A stretch of DNA of 64,000 bases from Candidatus Cloacimonadales bacterium (GCA_963665815.1 OY762463.1:2272001-2336000), one strand, 5' to 3'; shown: positions 20,048-31,013, counted from the stretch's first letter. Notes: generated by a model not told the origin, from the letters alone. Program-made: numbers and translations.

Positions 20048-21517
20048 TTAAGCACTCTCTGCGAATATATTTTTCTCAGGAACATTTTTTTGTTTCAAGG
20101 TGTTAACCGTTGCATCAATCATTGGTTTTGGACCGCACATATAGACTTTTCTGTCAGATACTTCCAGATCCTTGATTACATCTGTAACAAAACCTTTTTG
20201 TCCTGCCCAGTTCTCATCGCTGGCAACAACCTTTATTAACTCAAGTCTGTGACACATGCTTTCCAGCTCTTTATACTGCTCTTCATAGAGGAACTCCTCT
20301 TCCTTGTTAACGCCATAAACAAGCGTCATTTTCTTCACATTCCCTGATTCCTGCATAATATCCTTAATCAATGGAATAAACGGAGTAATACCGATGCCAC
20401 CGGCAACAAACAAAAGGTTTTCAGCTTTTTTATCAACTATCAGTTCGTGTCCAAGCGGACCTTCCAGGGTGACTTTATCACCGAGTTTAAACTGATCAAA
20501 AATGATGTGAGTTCCATAGCCTTTATTGACCTTTTTAACAGTTATGGAAAGACTTCTGCCATCCTCGTTAAATGATGAGATTGTGTATGATCTGTACATT
20601 ACAGGTTCTTCCTTAATTCTCACCATAATAAACTGTCCCGCTTTGTAGTCGATCTTTTCCGGTGTAATAAAACTGAATGTGTATTCTCTTGTGTCATCTT
20701 TGAGTTGCCTCACAGATAAAATCTCTGCCTTGATAATCTGTCGCTGCTCAAATCCTGCCAGATCAGCTTCAGCAGCAATCTTCTCGGCCTTTTTCTGAGT
20801 AGCAAGAGACAATAGACTTGATCCGCAATTGTAAACACATGTAGCGCATTTAATGCAGCGTTCATCTTCTATCTGGTTTGTTTCAGGATTGAAACTCAGA
20901 TACGGATCAAGCTGCATAGGACAAACTCGGGCACATTTTCCACATGCCTGACATTTCTCAACAGCCTCAACTGTTACAAGCTTATCTGTTTTAATATTTG
21001 CTTTAGTTTTTTTGGCTGCTTTGTAACTTAACCCCTGGATTGATCCCATAGGACAAACCTTACACCATGACCTTGGAGCAACCAGTAATGAAAAGGCTGT
21101 TCCGAGCACTGTTGTTATCAGATAATTTACTACGAATATATAACCGAATTTATCGAAAAATGAAACTGTGCCCCAGATTCTGGATACACTATAAATTCTT
21201 TTGCCGAACATATACATGAACCAGATAAACATAAGGCTGATTACTATTTTAGACTTAAAGAATTTCGGAAATTGCTTATTAAGACTGAAAGGCATTATGA
21301 ACCTGTCGAAAAGCGATCCGTGGGGACATATGTTTCCACACCAATAACGTCCCTTGAGAAACCCGGTTACCATAAGAGCCAGCATCATGGGGATAATCAG
21401 CAATCCCAGTTTAGGGTACCATAAACCGCCAACAGCAACAAGCGGGATGAATATCCAGGCATGCTTCCTTACCGGAGTAAAGATTCTGTTAGTTTTAATG
21501 TTATAATACTTTTCCAT
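20048..21517 (-). CDS. Membrane polyferredoxin (NapH/NosR-like) fused to FAD/NAD(P)-binding ferredoxin reductase domain
   Basis: GRYWCGNICP.G, RSWCKVCP.G, CQACGKCARVCP; then GQFI..RSYTISS, AGGIGITP, YMCGPKPM. Confidence 0.85.
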   Translation of the reverse strand: MEKYYNIKTNRIFTPVRKHAWIFIPLVAVGGLWYPKLGLLIIPMMLALMVTGFLKGRYWCGNICPHGSLFDRFIMPFSLNKQFPKFFKSKIVISLMFIWFMYMFGKRIYSVSRIWGTVSFFDKFGYIFVVNYLITTVLGTAFSLLVAPRSWCKVCPMGSIQGLSYKAAKKTKANIKTDKLVTVEAVEKCQACGKCARVCPMQLDPYLSFNPETNQIEDERCIKCATCVYNCGSSLLSLATQKKAEKIAAEADLAGFEQRQIIKAEILSVRQLKDDTREYTFSFITPEKIDYKAGQFIMVRIKEEPVMYRSYTISSFNEDGRSLSITVKKVNKGYGTHIIFDQFKLGDKVTLEGPLGHELIVDKKAENLLFVAGGIGITPFIPLIKDIMQESGNVKKMTLVYGVNKEEEFLYEEQYKELESMCHRLELIKVVASDENWAGQKGFVTDVIKDLEVSDRKVYMCGPKPMIDATVNTLKQKNVPEKNIFAESA

Positions 21518-21889
21518 GAATTCTCCTGTAATTTTGTTTTGATGCAAAATTCTTGACAGTATGAAATATGTCAACATATTTTTCATACTTATCATATTTG
21601 ATATATTTGTTTTATTCAGGATTGATCATTTAAGTGGATATATAATATTTAATTGTAGAGAGTTAAAGCTATAAATGAAGTTAAAGACACTATTTGGCAA
21701 AGTCTATGATGTTATAACGTTATTGAAGGGACAAATAGCATTTGAGGGACATTACATCAACGATGCAAAGCGGTTTTATCAACAAATCCTTAATCCAGAT
21801 GGTCAAGTTCACACAAGCTATAGCAATGCATGCACTGCGTATTCAATTCACAAAAACCAGATACTCGTTTGTCTATGCGATGCGCTATC

Positions 21890-24415
21890 CTAACTCTCTG
21901 TTACAACCTCTTCTGTTTTCTTTCTGATATTAAACCAGTATCCCACACCAAGCAGGGCAAGATTAATCAACAAAGCAAACAATGACAGATAATGGGTATG
22001 AGTGAAAACAGCCGGAGCAAATTTCAGTTCAACCTTATGGTTTCCGGCAGGAACAACAATTGACTGAATTGCATGGTTAGTCTTGTAGATTTCGGTTTCC
22101 TTGCCGTCAATAAAAGCTTTCCAGCCCGGTTTATAATGAACATCGGAGAGCACCATCAGAGATGTACTGTCATTCTTTGTATCGTAGTCAATCCTGTTAG
22201 GATCAAGATGAGTTACTTTAATGGATGCGTTTGCCGGAATGTTTATTTCTGCTTGCAGTTCCTGTTCAAGAATCGCACTGTGTAAAACATTGAACTTATC
22301 ACTATTCAGCAGTTTAAACCTATCTGCTCTCGTTTCTGCAATTGTTAAATCACCAACAAACCAGGCTCTACCGGGGGCTTCCAGATTTTCATAGAGGAAT
22401 TTCTTAGCTATCCTATCCATTTTCACAAACTTAAACTTATCGAATGGAGCTTGTTGAGGTAATTGAGAATCAGCAATAACGTATTTAGCATTGAGCATAT
22501 TAGGAATGTTTCTGCTGAACACAGGCACCTGCCCCATCTGACCTATTACACCAAAATCACGCACATCCTGATAAATCCGCAGTTTAGCGGGATTGTATCC
22601 GCCAATTGACTGATAATAAAATGAATAATCATTTGAGTTCCATATGTTTCCATTCAGCGGATAGACTCTGAAAGAGCTGAAATCGAGATCTTTATCATGA
22701 TGATTTATTATATATTTATCTATCTCTGTTTTCTTGAATACTGTGTTCTTCATCTCTGAATTCAAGGAGATATTTTGATATTCTCCATCAATTTTCCTGA
22801 GCAGATAACGGTGCTGAATCTGAATCATATCCACGAAAGAAACAAGGATAAGAATTACTGCGAGAAGATACTTATTCTTGAGCATTCCTCTTACAAATGC
22901 AATCATAGAAAGTAGTCCTATTATGGAGAACACCAGATATCTTACAGTATCAGAAGTAAGCATATCTTTCCTGATCGTTTTGAATATTTTAATATTCTGC
23001 TGATCATACTGAGATGCTTCTCTTGCAGTTGAATACTCGAATGCTCCAGATTGAATAAATGTAAATATTCCGATCAGAACAACTATTGCAGACACAATAT
23101 AAACTGTTTTTGCGACCTTTTTTCTGTCTTCATGGAAAAGTAGACTCTGTAAACCGAATCCTGCAAAAAGCAGAATTGAGAAGTTTATCATTACCACAAT
23201 CATGGCTGGAACCCTGAACTTATTGAATGCCGGAACATAGTTAAAGAAAAGATTATATAGTGCAGGAAAGTGTCTTCCCATTGAAAGCAGGAACGCAAAA
23301 AATGCAAATGTCAGAAAGGATATCACCAGTCTGGATCTGATGTTAAGTATAACACCTATCAATGCCAGAATAAATACAATTGCACCCATGTATTCAGATG
23401 TCTGAGTGAAAGGCATGTGCCCCCAGTATCCGGGAACAGCTCTGTCCTTAAGCTGAGGGAGAGAAGGATTACTTACGTCATAGAATTCCTGACTGGTTCC
23501 ACCGTGATAGCGTGGAATTATCATTCCCATTACTTCTGATGGGTGGAATGACCAGCCTGTTGCATAATCAATGCTGACACCTGTTGAATTTTCTTCACCT
23601 GTACCTCCACGGATTGAGTATGGAGTATATTCGGATATCAATGCCAGCATCTGATAAGAAACTCCAATAATCAATACTGCCGCAATCAGCAGAAAAACCA
23701 TTGATTTACCACGAAGATTCTTATTTCTGATCAGCTCTGCAATCATAACAAAGAACAACATGACTGCTGTATAAAAGATAATCTGATAGTGCTGGGTTCT
23801 TATCTGCCAGGTCTGAATCAAAGCAAACAAAGCCATGTTAAACAGATTAGGATTTCTCATCAGTTTCAAGAACAGATAAAGAATTAACGGCAGCAGCATA
23901 ATAGGTTTGAATTTCATGAAATGACCAATCTCGAGAAGATTAGCCCAGTGAATAGTAAACACAAAACTAATTGCACCAAAAAGGCAGACAGCATGTGAGA
24001 ATTTGAGATATCTGAATAAGAGGATAAAACCGATAGCTCCCATTATATAGTAAAGAATAGGTGTATAAAGAATAAATCCCATATAGCTGAACAACAGTTC
24101 CAGATGCCAGACAGATTTAATACTGTAATACAATGGCATACCTGAGAAAACCGTAGGGTTCCACAAAGCTTTTTCATGTGATTGTTTCTGCCATTCCTTG
24201 ACCAGATTCTGAGCCCCCTGATTTCCTATTACATCAACACCACCCGGACGGTAGCCCTGAAAAGCAAGAGGAAAAAATACTATTCCTATCAGCAGTACGA
24301 CAATTGCAATATTGATAAGAGTAGCATGCTTGAATAATACTTCCTGAATAGGCAGCTTTGCTGCTGTCTCATTGTTGTTAACAACTTTTTCCTGTTTTAC
24401 TTTCTTCTTTGCCAT
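21890..24415 (-). CDS. YfhO-family polytopic membrane protein (GT-C-like)
   Basis: LWNP.VFSGMP, many TM segments, FNKFRVP, SIGGYNPAKL, PGWKAFIDG...VPAGNHKVEL.F. Confidence 0.85.
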   Translation of the reverse strand: MAKKKVKQEKVVNNNETAAKLPIQEVLFKHATLINIAIVVLLIGIVFFPLAFQGYRPGGVDVIGNQGAQNLVKEWQKQSHEKALWNPTVFSGMPLYYSIKSVWHLELLFSYMGFILYTPILYYIMGAIGFILLFRYLKFSHAVCLFGAISFVFTIHWANLLEIGHFMKFKPIMLLPLILYLFLKLMRNPNLFNMALFALIQTWQIRTQHYQIIFYTAVMLFFVMIAELIRNKNLRGKSMVFLLIAAVLIIGVSYQMLALISEYTPYSIRGGTGEENSTGVSIDYATGWSFHPSEVMGMIIPRYHGGTSQEFYDVSNPSLPQLKDRAVPGYWGHMPFTQTSEYMGAIVFILALIGVILNIRSRLVISFLTFAFFAFLLSMGRHFPALYNLFFNYVPAFNKFRVPAMIVVMINFSILLFAGFGLQSLLFHEDRKKVAKTVYIVSAIVVLIGIFTFIQSGAFEYSTAREASQYDQQNIKIFKTIRKDMLTSDTVRYLVFSIIGLLSMIAFVRGMLKNKYLLAVILILVSFVDMIQIQHRYLLRKIDGEYQNISLNSEMKNTVFKKTEIDKYIINHHDKDLDFSSFRVYPLNGNIWNSNDYSFYYQSIGGYNPAKLRIYQDVRDFGVIGQMGQVPVFSRNIPNMLNAKYVIADSQLPQQAPFDKFKFVKMDRIAKKFLYENLEAPGRAWFVGDLTIAETRADRFKLLNSDKFNVLHSAILEQELQAEINIPANASIKVTHLDPNRIDYDTKNDSTSLMVLSDVHYKPGWKAFIDGKETEIYKTNHAIQSIVVPAGNHKVELKFAPAVFTHTHYLSLFALLINLALLGVGYWFNIRKKTEEVVTES

Positions 24416-24426
24416 TATATCCTCTC

Positions 24427-25710
24427 TCAGCAGAGTTTCTCGAATAATCCTGCCAGTTTTTGTGTTTGTTTCTTTCTGGAATACTCTTCCGGAATCCTAA
24501 CGGAAAGGTCAATACCTTTATTTTTTCTGTCAATCATCTCTTTAATAAAATTTGTTACACCCGAAACATCATTGTAATCAAACATATCTCCTGCTTCTGT
24601 ATTCTGCAGAATTTCAGAAGCTTCACCATTTACAGGTCCAATTCCCAGAGTTCTTACTCCTGAACCAAGGTAATCAAAAATTTTACCGGTAATAATACCC
24701 TTGTTATCCGGAACATTGTTAATTACAAGCAGTAAAAGATCGGACTCACACAGGCTCTTCAGCACTTCATTGTGAGGTACATAAGGCAGTTCTCTGAACA
24801 TATCCTCCACAGATGCTTCCTCTGTCAGTTTTCTCAGCATTGGACTTACATTACCAATGATTCTAACCTGCAAATTGTATCCTTCATCTTTCAGTATTCT
24901 TACGGATTTAATAAGCACATGTGGTACTCTGTCTTCGGTCATTGCTCCGGTGTATGTAATTGTAAAGATATCCCTTTTAGTCTTAGACATTGCAGAAAAA
25001 TCATCCTCATCAAATCCATTGGGGATAACTGCTGTATCCTTCAGGCGAGTTTTATCTTTGAAATATTCGATATTAACATCACTGATTGTTGTAACCATAT
25101 TTGAGTTACGCAATACAGATTTTTCCAGACCTTTATCAATCTTCACTGTCAGAGGAAACCTTTTAATACTCTGATAATGCACAAACTCAGACCAGGGATC
25201 TCGAAAATCCGTCACAATAGGAATTCCACTCAGTTCCGACAGTATTTTCGCGCCAATCTGTAAAGAATGAGGAGGAGATGTACAGAAAATAACATCCGGT
25301 TTTTCCTGCTTAATGATTTTCATCCCATTGTAAATCAAGAACGGAATCCAACCAACTCTGGCATCAGGAATAAACATGTTGAATCTGACCCAACGAGCCA
25401 GTTTCTTTTTAATAGACTCGTTTTCTCTGGCTATCAGTACATTTGTGGATATTTTACTGTCTTCCTTCTGTCCGGTAAATTTTTTATATAAATTGAACGG
25501 CTCAAGTGTGCGTGTTTTGTATATTTTGCAGTTTTCCGGAATTTCATTAATCAGAGAATTGTCAACAGCAGAATAATCTCCATCTTTGACTGTAAGTACA
25601 ATCGGTTTCCATCCGAACTCAGGCAGGTATTTCACAAATTTCAATACTCTCTGAACTCCGGGACCTCCGGCCGGCGGCCAGTAATATGTTATGAAAAGTG
25701 CTTTTCTCAT
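24427..25710 (-). CDS. Glycosyltransferase family 4
   Basis: ITYYWPPAGGPGVQR, TSPPHS, DFRDPW, IPNGFD, GKIFDYL. Confidence 0.9.
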   Translation of the reverse strand: MRKALFITYYWPPAGGPGVQRVLKFVKYLPEFGWKPIVLTVKDGDYSAVDNSLINEIPENCKIYKTRTLEPFNLYKKFTGQKEDSKISTNVLIARENESIKKKLARWVRFNMFIPDARVGWIPFLIYNGMKIIKQEKPDVIFCTSPPHSLQIGAKILSELSGIPIVTDFRDPWSEFVHYQSIKRFPLTVKIDKGLEKSVLRNSNMVTTISDVNIEYFKDKTRLKDTAVIPNGFDEDDFSAMSKTKRDIFTITYTGAMTEDRVPHVLIKSVRILKDEGYNLQVRIIGNVSPMLRKLTEEASVEDMFRELPYVPHNEVLKSLCESDLLLLVINNVPDNKGIITGKIFDYLGSGVRTLGIGPVNGEASEILQNTEAGDMFDYNDVSGVTNFIKEMIDRKNKGIDLSVRIPEEYSRKKQTQKLAGLFEKLC

Positions 25711-26705
25711 TTGTAAAAGTTTTTCTTGAAAGCAGAGAATGTAGCTTCCCCACTTGTTTTATTCTTCCAAAGGGCATCCAGAAATCCGGTTCCATAGCCC
25801 CAAAGTTGAGTGAATGATGCAACAATAGATAACCCGGCAACAAGAATGCTCTTGTTTTTCCTAAATGAGTCTGAAAAAATGATGATCTTGAATAATATCA
25901 GTGGAAGAGCAAATTTCTTCTTGAAAAAAGATAGAAAAATAAGAAGAAAAGATCCAAGTGTAAACACTGAAGGCAGCAAATGTACTATCTTGAGTGAACC
26001 TGGATGTTTTACAGAAAGGCTGATTCGCGCCATACCGGAATTGTATACCTGCTTGTAGAACTGCCAGAAGTTTGTACGTCGTTTATGGAAAACAAATGCT
26101 GCAGCTATCAATTTTGTTTTGAATCCTGATTTGATAATTCTGGTGCTGAAGTCTACATCTTCTCCGAATCGCATCCTGGCGAATCCACCGGTTTCTTCAA
26201 AAACTATTCGGGAAATCCCCATATTGAATGAACGGGGGTAAAATCTGTCCATTTTCTTCTTTCCACCACGAATTCCTCCTGTTGTGAGGAATGATGTCAT
26301 GGAATAGTTGATAGCTTTCTGCACAGGTGTAAATGAAGGATGTGCTTTGTCCGGTCCCCCAAATGCATCTACAGGGTTTTCCATCAGTTCATCTGTGACA
26401 ATCTGAGTATAATCTTCAGGTATGACACAATCAGAATCGAAAAAGATGAAGTAATCACCTTTTGCACGTTCTGCACCGTAATTTCTGGACAAACCCGGAC
26501 CAGAGTTTGATTTAAAGAAGTATTTTATTTTAAGATACGGATTGTATTTATCAAGCAGGTGATCGCATTTTTGAGAAGATCCATCTTCCACAATCACTAC
26601 CTCAAAGTTTTTTACTGTCTGAGAAACAAGACTTTCCAGAAGCTCATCAACTTCTTCAGGCCTGTTGTATACCGGGATTATGTATGATAACTCAGGCGTT
26701 TTCAT
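25707..26705 (-). CDS. Glycosyltransferase family 2
   Basis: SYIIPVYNRP, VEDGS, SRNYGA, FFDSDC, GEDVDF; start at MKTPELS. Confidence 0.9.
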   Translation of the reverse strand: MKTPELSYIIPVYNRPEEVDELLESLVSQTVKNFEVVIVEDGSSQKCDHLLDKYNPYLKIKYFFKSNSGPGLSRNYGAERAKGDYFIFFDSDCVIPEDYTQIVTDELMENPVDAFGGPDKAHPSFTPVQKAINYSMTSFLTTGGIRGGKKKMDRFYPRSFNMGISRIVFEETGGFARMRFGEDVDFSTRIIKSGFKTKLIAAAFVFHKRRTNFWQFYKQVYNSGMARISLSVKHPGSLKIVHLLPSVFTLGSFLLIFLSFFKKKFALPLILFKIIIFSDSFRKNKSILVAGLSIVASFTQLWGYGTGFLDALWKNKTSGEATFSAFKKNFYK

Positions 26706-27246
26706 TATTTTGTTCAGTTTCCTGCTTTGGCTGTATTTTGTTAACAACAATAATATTCTTGAGAATTTCTCCGAATTCAATATTCAGATTTGTCTCCGCA
26801 ATACTATTCAGTATTTCCAGCATATTCGGGAAAGAAGCTGTGAAGGTCAGAGATTTTTCTCCACTATCGGTTTTATAGTTTATTGTAATGGATCTGGACT
26901 TACCTTTACCAAATTTTAGTTTGATAATATCTTTATAGTTTATTGCAACATTAGATTTTGCGATGTAGCAGAAAATCAGTTTATCTGATTCAAACCGGAT
27001 ATTATTAAGAGAATACATATTTTTCAAAAGAGAGTTCAATGCGAAAAAGATAATGAAGAATGGAGCAAATCTCGAAAATTTTGAAGCGTCCGGTCCTATC
27101 ATATACATGATGATATACATTCCATATACAATTGCTGCAATAGAAAGCAGCATAACAAACCATCTTACAAATTGATTAAAACTGTATGTCCTGGGAAATC
27201 CCTTCTTCTTATTTATATCAATTAAATCCTTTGTTCCGCTATTCAT
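26692..27246 (-). CDS. Hypothetical two-TM membrane protein
   Basis: Overlaps both neighbours in operon; two hydrophobic segments. Confidence 0.65.
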   Translation of the reverse strand: MNSGTKDLIDINKKKGFPRTYSFNQFVRWFVMLLSIAAIVYGMYIIMYMIGPDASKFSRFAPFFIIFFALNSLLKNMYSLNNIRFESDKLIFCYIAKSNVAINYKDIIKLKFGKGKSRSITINYKTDSGEKSLTFTASFPNMLEILNSIAETNLNIEFGEILKNIIVVNKIQPKQETEQNNENA

Positions 27247-28069
27247 TGTTTATTTTCTCCTTAAGCTCATATAGCATCTCAACGCACTCAAATGGTGCTG
27301 AAAAACTTCCCAGATTAACTATATCATTAGGTAATCCATGGAAATCTGTTCCTCCGGTATAAATCAGATTGTATTTCTCTGTAATGCTTTTGTAAAACTT
27401 AATACTATAAGGCAAATGCTTTATGTAATAAACCTCTATCCCCATTATACCCATATCTATCAAATCAAGCACTATAAAATCATCATTCAGTAAAATCGGA
27501 TGAGCCAGAACAGGTATCCCTTTTGATTTTTTAATCATTGCAATTACTTCTTTAGGTGAAGGAGTCTGCTTGGGAACAAAACCTTTGCATTTATCTCCGA
27601 TATATTCATCAAAAGCCTGCTGATAATGTGAAACATATTTTTTTTCCAGTAAGGCTCTGGCAATATGAGGTCGACCAATAATATTTCTATCCCCGGCAAT
27701 TCTCATAAGCTGATCCATATCAATAGAGAATTTCCAGAGATCATATAGTTTTTTAATAATTTTCTCAGCTCTGTAAATCCTCTCGTCTTTGATCAGATTG
27801 AGCATAGAGATCAATTCTTCGTTCTGCTCGAAATTATAGCCGAGAATATGAACATCTCTGCCATTATAAGTCGCACTAATTTCCACTCCCGGAATAATAT
27901 GCGGATCATCAGGTTCAAGATTGTCATAAAGATCATTATATGCATCAATGTTATCATGATCAGTAATGGACAGGTACTTATAGCCTTTTTTCTTGTACAT
28001 ATTCAGAATTGACCTGACATCAAGTGTTCCATCCGAGTTATCCGAGTGTATATGTAAATCTACTTTCAT
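27239..28069 (-). CDS. PHP-domain phosphoesterase (TrpH-like)
   Basis: DLHIHS..SDG, SITDHD, GVEIS, HILGY, GRPHIA, LAHP, GGTDFHG. Confidence 0.9.
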   Translation of the reverse strand: MKVDLHIHSDNSDGTLDVRSILNMYKKKGYKYLSITDHDNIDAYNDLYDNLEPDDPHIIPGVEISATYNGRDVHILGYNFEQNEELISMLNLIKDERIYRAEKIIKKLYDLWKFSIDMDQLMRIAGDRNIIGRPHIARALLEKKYVSHYQQAFDEYIGDKCKGFVPKQTPSPKEVIAMIKKSKGIPVLAHPILLNDDFIVLDLIDMGIMGIEVYYIKHLPYSIKFYKSITEKYNLIYTGGTDFHGLPNDIVNLGSFSAPFECVEMLYELKEKINNE

Positions 28070-28169
28070 GTTTATCCTATGTTAAAAATTAATATATCAG
28101 TAAACAAAAAAGTTGAAATAAGGTCAAGAATTTTGTTGATACCGTATATACAAAGCTATCTAAAAGTTA

Positions 28170-28685
28170 CTATTTTTTGATTTTTTCGATACTGTTAATT
28201 GACTTCTCTATTATTGGAGCAAACTCTTTCATGTAAGAGCTTTTCATATAGAAATCTATTCTATAAACAGCATCCAGTTTAAGATATACGTGTATCATCG
28301 GCTTGGGGTGAGATCCTATTATATACTGCTTTATGGGGATATCATTTATTTCTCTTGCCCTGTAGAGAAGTTTCAATCCTTTGAATTCTCCTTTCTGCTT
28401 AAGCTGATAGATTTTTTCAATATTCTCCCATTTCACTTTGTTGATTTTTGTCAGCATTACAGTAAAATCAGAATCATCTTTTCTTGTATATACAGAAATT
28501 AGCTGAGTTCTGTTGAGACTATCCTGAACAGCAACATAAATACCCATCTGCTGTAGATTTTTACCAAGTATTCTCACCATGGAATCCGGAACTGTATATG
28601 AAAATGTTCCTTCAATATCTATTTTTTCTGCACATGCGATTGCAGAGATAACCATTATTATCAATATCAACATTAATCTTTTCAT
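28170..28685 (-). CDS. Hypothetical exported protein
   Basis: Signal peptide; GGAGA RBS. Confidence 0.6.
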   Translation of the reverse strand: MKRLMLILIIMVISAIACAEKIDIEGTFSYTVPDSMVRILGKNLQQMGIYVAVQDSLNRTQLISVYTRKDDSDFTVMLTKINKVKWENIEKIYQLKQKGEFKGLKLLYRAREINDIPIKQYIIGSHPKPMIHVYLKLDAVYRIDFYMKSSYMKEFAPIIEKSINSIEKIKK

Positions 28686-28848
28686 TTTTTTTCTCCATTA
28701 CTGAACTATGTGGCGAAGTTGGGTTTATATGTCAAGGATAAGGTTCACGATTGTTTCATCCAATCAAATATCCTTATCATTACACTATTTTATTGACATT
28801 TTTCCTTATTATAGCAATTATCCGGATATAAAAATATAGAGGGGTGAT

Positions 28849-29793
28849 ATGAGACTCAAATTTTTACTAATTATTCTTATCGGTATTTTGTTTTGGGGAT
28901 GTAACAACAGTAATAATGTTACCGTTCTTAATCCGGTTGACTCCCTTGGCTGGCAGGAAAGTGAAGAATTCTATTTTACGCTTGTTAATTCAATATGTTC
29001 CAGTGGAGACTTACTCATTGTTAATGATGCTATGGATAGATCTATTAATGTATTTGATAAAAACACACTGGAGTTCAAATATAAATTTGGTGAAGAAGGC
29101 AATGGCCCTGGTGAGTTCTATACGATTTTTTATATTGCTGCTGACAATGAACATATTTATACTGCGGATTTACCAATGTCCCGATTAAGTATGTTCTCGT
29201 TGACAGGAGACTATATTAACTCCTTCAAAGCAGATAATATCTATCACATGGCTGCATCAAACAATTATGTCTATGGAACAGCAACACCATTTCTCGATAA
29301 TGCAGAAGTATATAGAATTCAGGCAGATTCCGTTATGAATATTTTTGACGTACATAAATGGGCTGCAAAGAAATATGGAGTAACTTATGAAGAAAAAAAT
29401 AAGTTGAACAAATGGTACAACATTGAAACTTTAGGAGATAACCTTCTCATCTCATTGAGATTACTACCCCATAAGGTTTTGATAGATAACAACGGAAAGA
29501 TCCTCTATGATGAATACGAGAAACCTGTTATCACAGAAAACGTCGACATGATCTGGTATGGACAGATTAAGGAATACAAACAAGGATTTATTCAACCTGC
29601 TTCGTTAATAGAGAATAATAAGATATTCAAAGTCAATCTGTATTATTACAAAGATAACAAGATTGTAAAAGCATGGGAAATGAACACCGGCAGCAAACAA
29701 TTTATCCATGAGTATAATTGGCTTCTTGATGAAGATAATATCTGGATGTTTGATATTAATAAACCCGTTCTTTACAAGTATTCATTGAAATAA
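28849..29793 (+). CDS. 6-bladed beta-propeller (NHL-like) lipoprotein
   Basis: Lipobox FWGC; FGEEGNGPGEF motif. Confidence 0.75.
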   Translation: MRLKFLLIILIGILFWGCNNSNNVTVLNPVDSLGWQESEEFYFTLVNSICSSGDLLIVNDAMDRSINVFDKNTLEFKYKFGEEGNGPGEFYTIFYIAADNEHIYTADLPMSRLSMFSLTGDYINSFKADNIYHMAASNNYVYGTATPFLDNAEVYRIQADSVMNIFDVHKWAAKKYGVTYEEKNKLNKWYNIETLGDNLLISLRLLPHKVLIDNNGKILYDEYEKPVITENVDMIWYGQIKEYKQGFIQPASLIENNKIFKVNLYYYKDNKIVKAWEMNTGSKQFIHEYNWLLDEDNIWMFDINKPVLYKYSLK

Positions 29794-29830
29794 CTCAGAG
29801 ATCGAAAAGAATTAAAAAGGATGAAGCATT

Positions 29831-30775
29831 TTGAAACACATTTATTCACTAATTATTCTTACAGGTATTTTGCTTTGGGGATGTAACAACAGCGGTAAAA
29901 CCAAAGTTCTCAATCCTGTTGATTCTCTCGGCTGGCAGGAAAGTGAAGAATATTACTTCCAACAGGCTAACGTAATAAAAAGCTATAACAACACATTATA
30001 CATTGGAAACAATGCCTCCGGAGAGATATTTGCATTTGATTCTGCCAGTAAACTATTTAAATTCAAGTTTGGTAAAAACGGCAAAGGTCCGGGTGAATTC
30101 ACAAACATAACTGATATAGAAGTGTTTAAAGATAAGATTTTTACAGCAGATTTCAGAGGTTCCAGAATTTCCGTATTCTCACTCGAAGGTGATTTTGTGA
30201 GACAATTCAAATCTGACCTTGCTTTCTTCCTCGAAAGTACAGATAAAACCATATTTGGTTCCAGATTTCCCGTTGCACCCGATTCAAAGCTGTTTAGTAT
30301 TGATGGAGATTCCCTGAAGCACATATTTGATGCACATGAATGGGCAGCTGAAAACTACGGATTGAAATACGAAGACAAAAACGTACTGAACAGATGGTAT
30401 AATTTCAATACAATTGATGATAATCTTCTTATTGCCATGAGATTTGCTCCTTATATGGTACTTGTTAATGAATCAGGAAATATTCTTGATCAGAATTATG
30501 AAGATCCACCTGTTAAGCATGATGCCGATATGATGGTCTATGGAAAACCGCAACAGTATGAAGAAGGCTTCATTCTACCTGTCAGTTATTTCTGGAATAA
30601 AGATGACGAAAAAAGCTATTTGTACTACTATAAGAACAACAAAATAGTACGAGAATGGTATCTTGATCTAAATAGTCAAAGAGCTATGCTTTTCTATAAC
30701 TGGGATCTTACCGATAACGTTGCCTGGATTCCTATGCTGGAAGGAGACAGGCTTTATAAGTTCGTGATTGAGTAG
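29831..30775 (+). CDS. 6-bladed beta-propeller lipoprotein, tandem paralog
   Basis: Lipobox LWGC; FGKNGKGPGEF; same length and shared VLNPVDSLGWQESEE. Confidence 0.75.
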   Translation: MKHIYSLIILTGILLWGCNNSGKTKVLNPVDSLGWQESEEYYFQQANVIKSYNNTLYIGNNASGEIFAFDSASKLFKFKFGKNGKGPGEFTNITDIEVFKDKIFTADFRGSRISVFSLEGDFVRQFKSDLAFFLESTDKTIFGSRFPVAPDSKLFSIDGDSLKHIFDAHEWAAENYGLKYEDKNVLNRWYNFNTIDDNLLIAMRFAPYMVLVNESGNILDQNYEDPPVKHDADMMVYGKPQQYEEGFILPVSYFWNKDDEKSYLYYYKNNKIVREWYLDLNSQRAMLFYNWDLTDNVAWIPMLEGDRLYKFVIE

Positions 30776-30801
30776 TAAAATGGCAAAAATAATTGCTATA
30801 T

Positions 30802-30831
30802 AAAAAAAGCACCTGCTGATGCAGATGCTTT
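30802..30831 (-). terminator. Terminator after tRNA pair (possibly bidirectional)
   Basis: aaaaaaagcacctgc-tgat-gcagatgcttt. Confidence 0.65.
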
Positions 30832-30842
30832 GTATATTAAAG

Positions 30843-30917
30843 TGGCAATCCCTAGGGGAGTCGAACCCCTGTTGCAGGAATGAAAATCCTGAGTCCTAAC
30901 CACTAGACGAAGGGATC
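30843..30917 (-). tRNA. tRNA-Glu (TTC)
   Basis: Reverse complement folds as cloverleaf; anticodon arm cagga-ttTTCat-tcctg; GTTCGAC; encoded CCA. Confidence 0.96.
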
Positions 30918-30938
30918 GTCAAATTTTAAAGATCAAAA

Positions 30939-31013
30939 TGGTGAGCCTGGATGGATTCGAACCATCGACTCTCTGCTTAAAAGGCAGATACTCTACCACT
31001 GAGTTACAAGCCC
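30939..31013 (-). tRNA. tRNA-Lys (TTT)
   Basis: Anticodon arm tctgc-ctTTTaa-gcaga; GGTTCGAATCC; encoded CCA. Confidence 0.96.

Noticed and set aside
21675-21893. 72-aa plus-strand ORF in intergenic gap
   Set aside because: No clear RBS or family motif; cannot be supported, though a small gene or remnant is not excluded.
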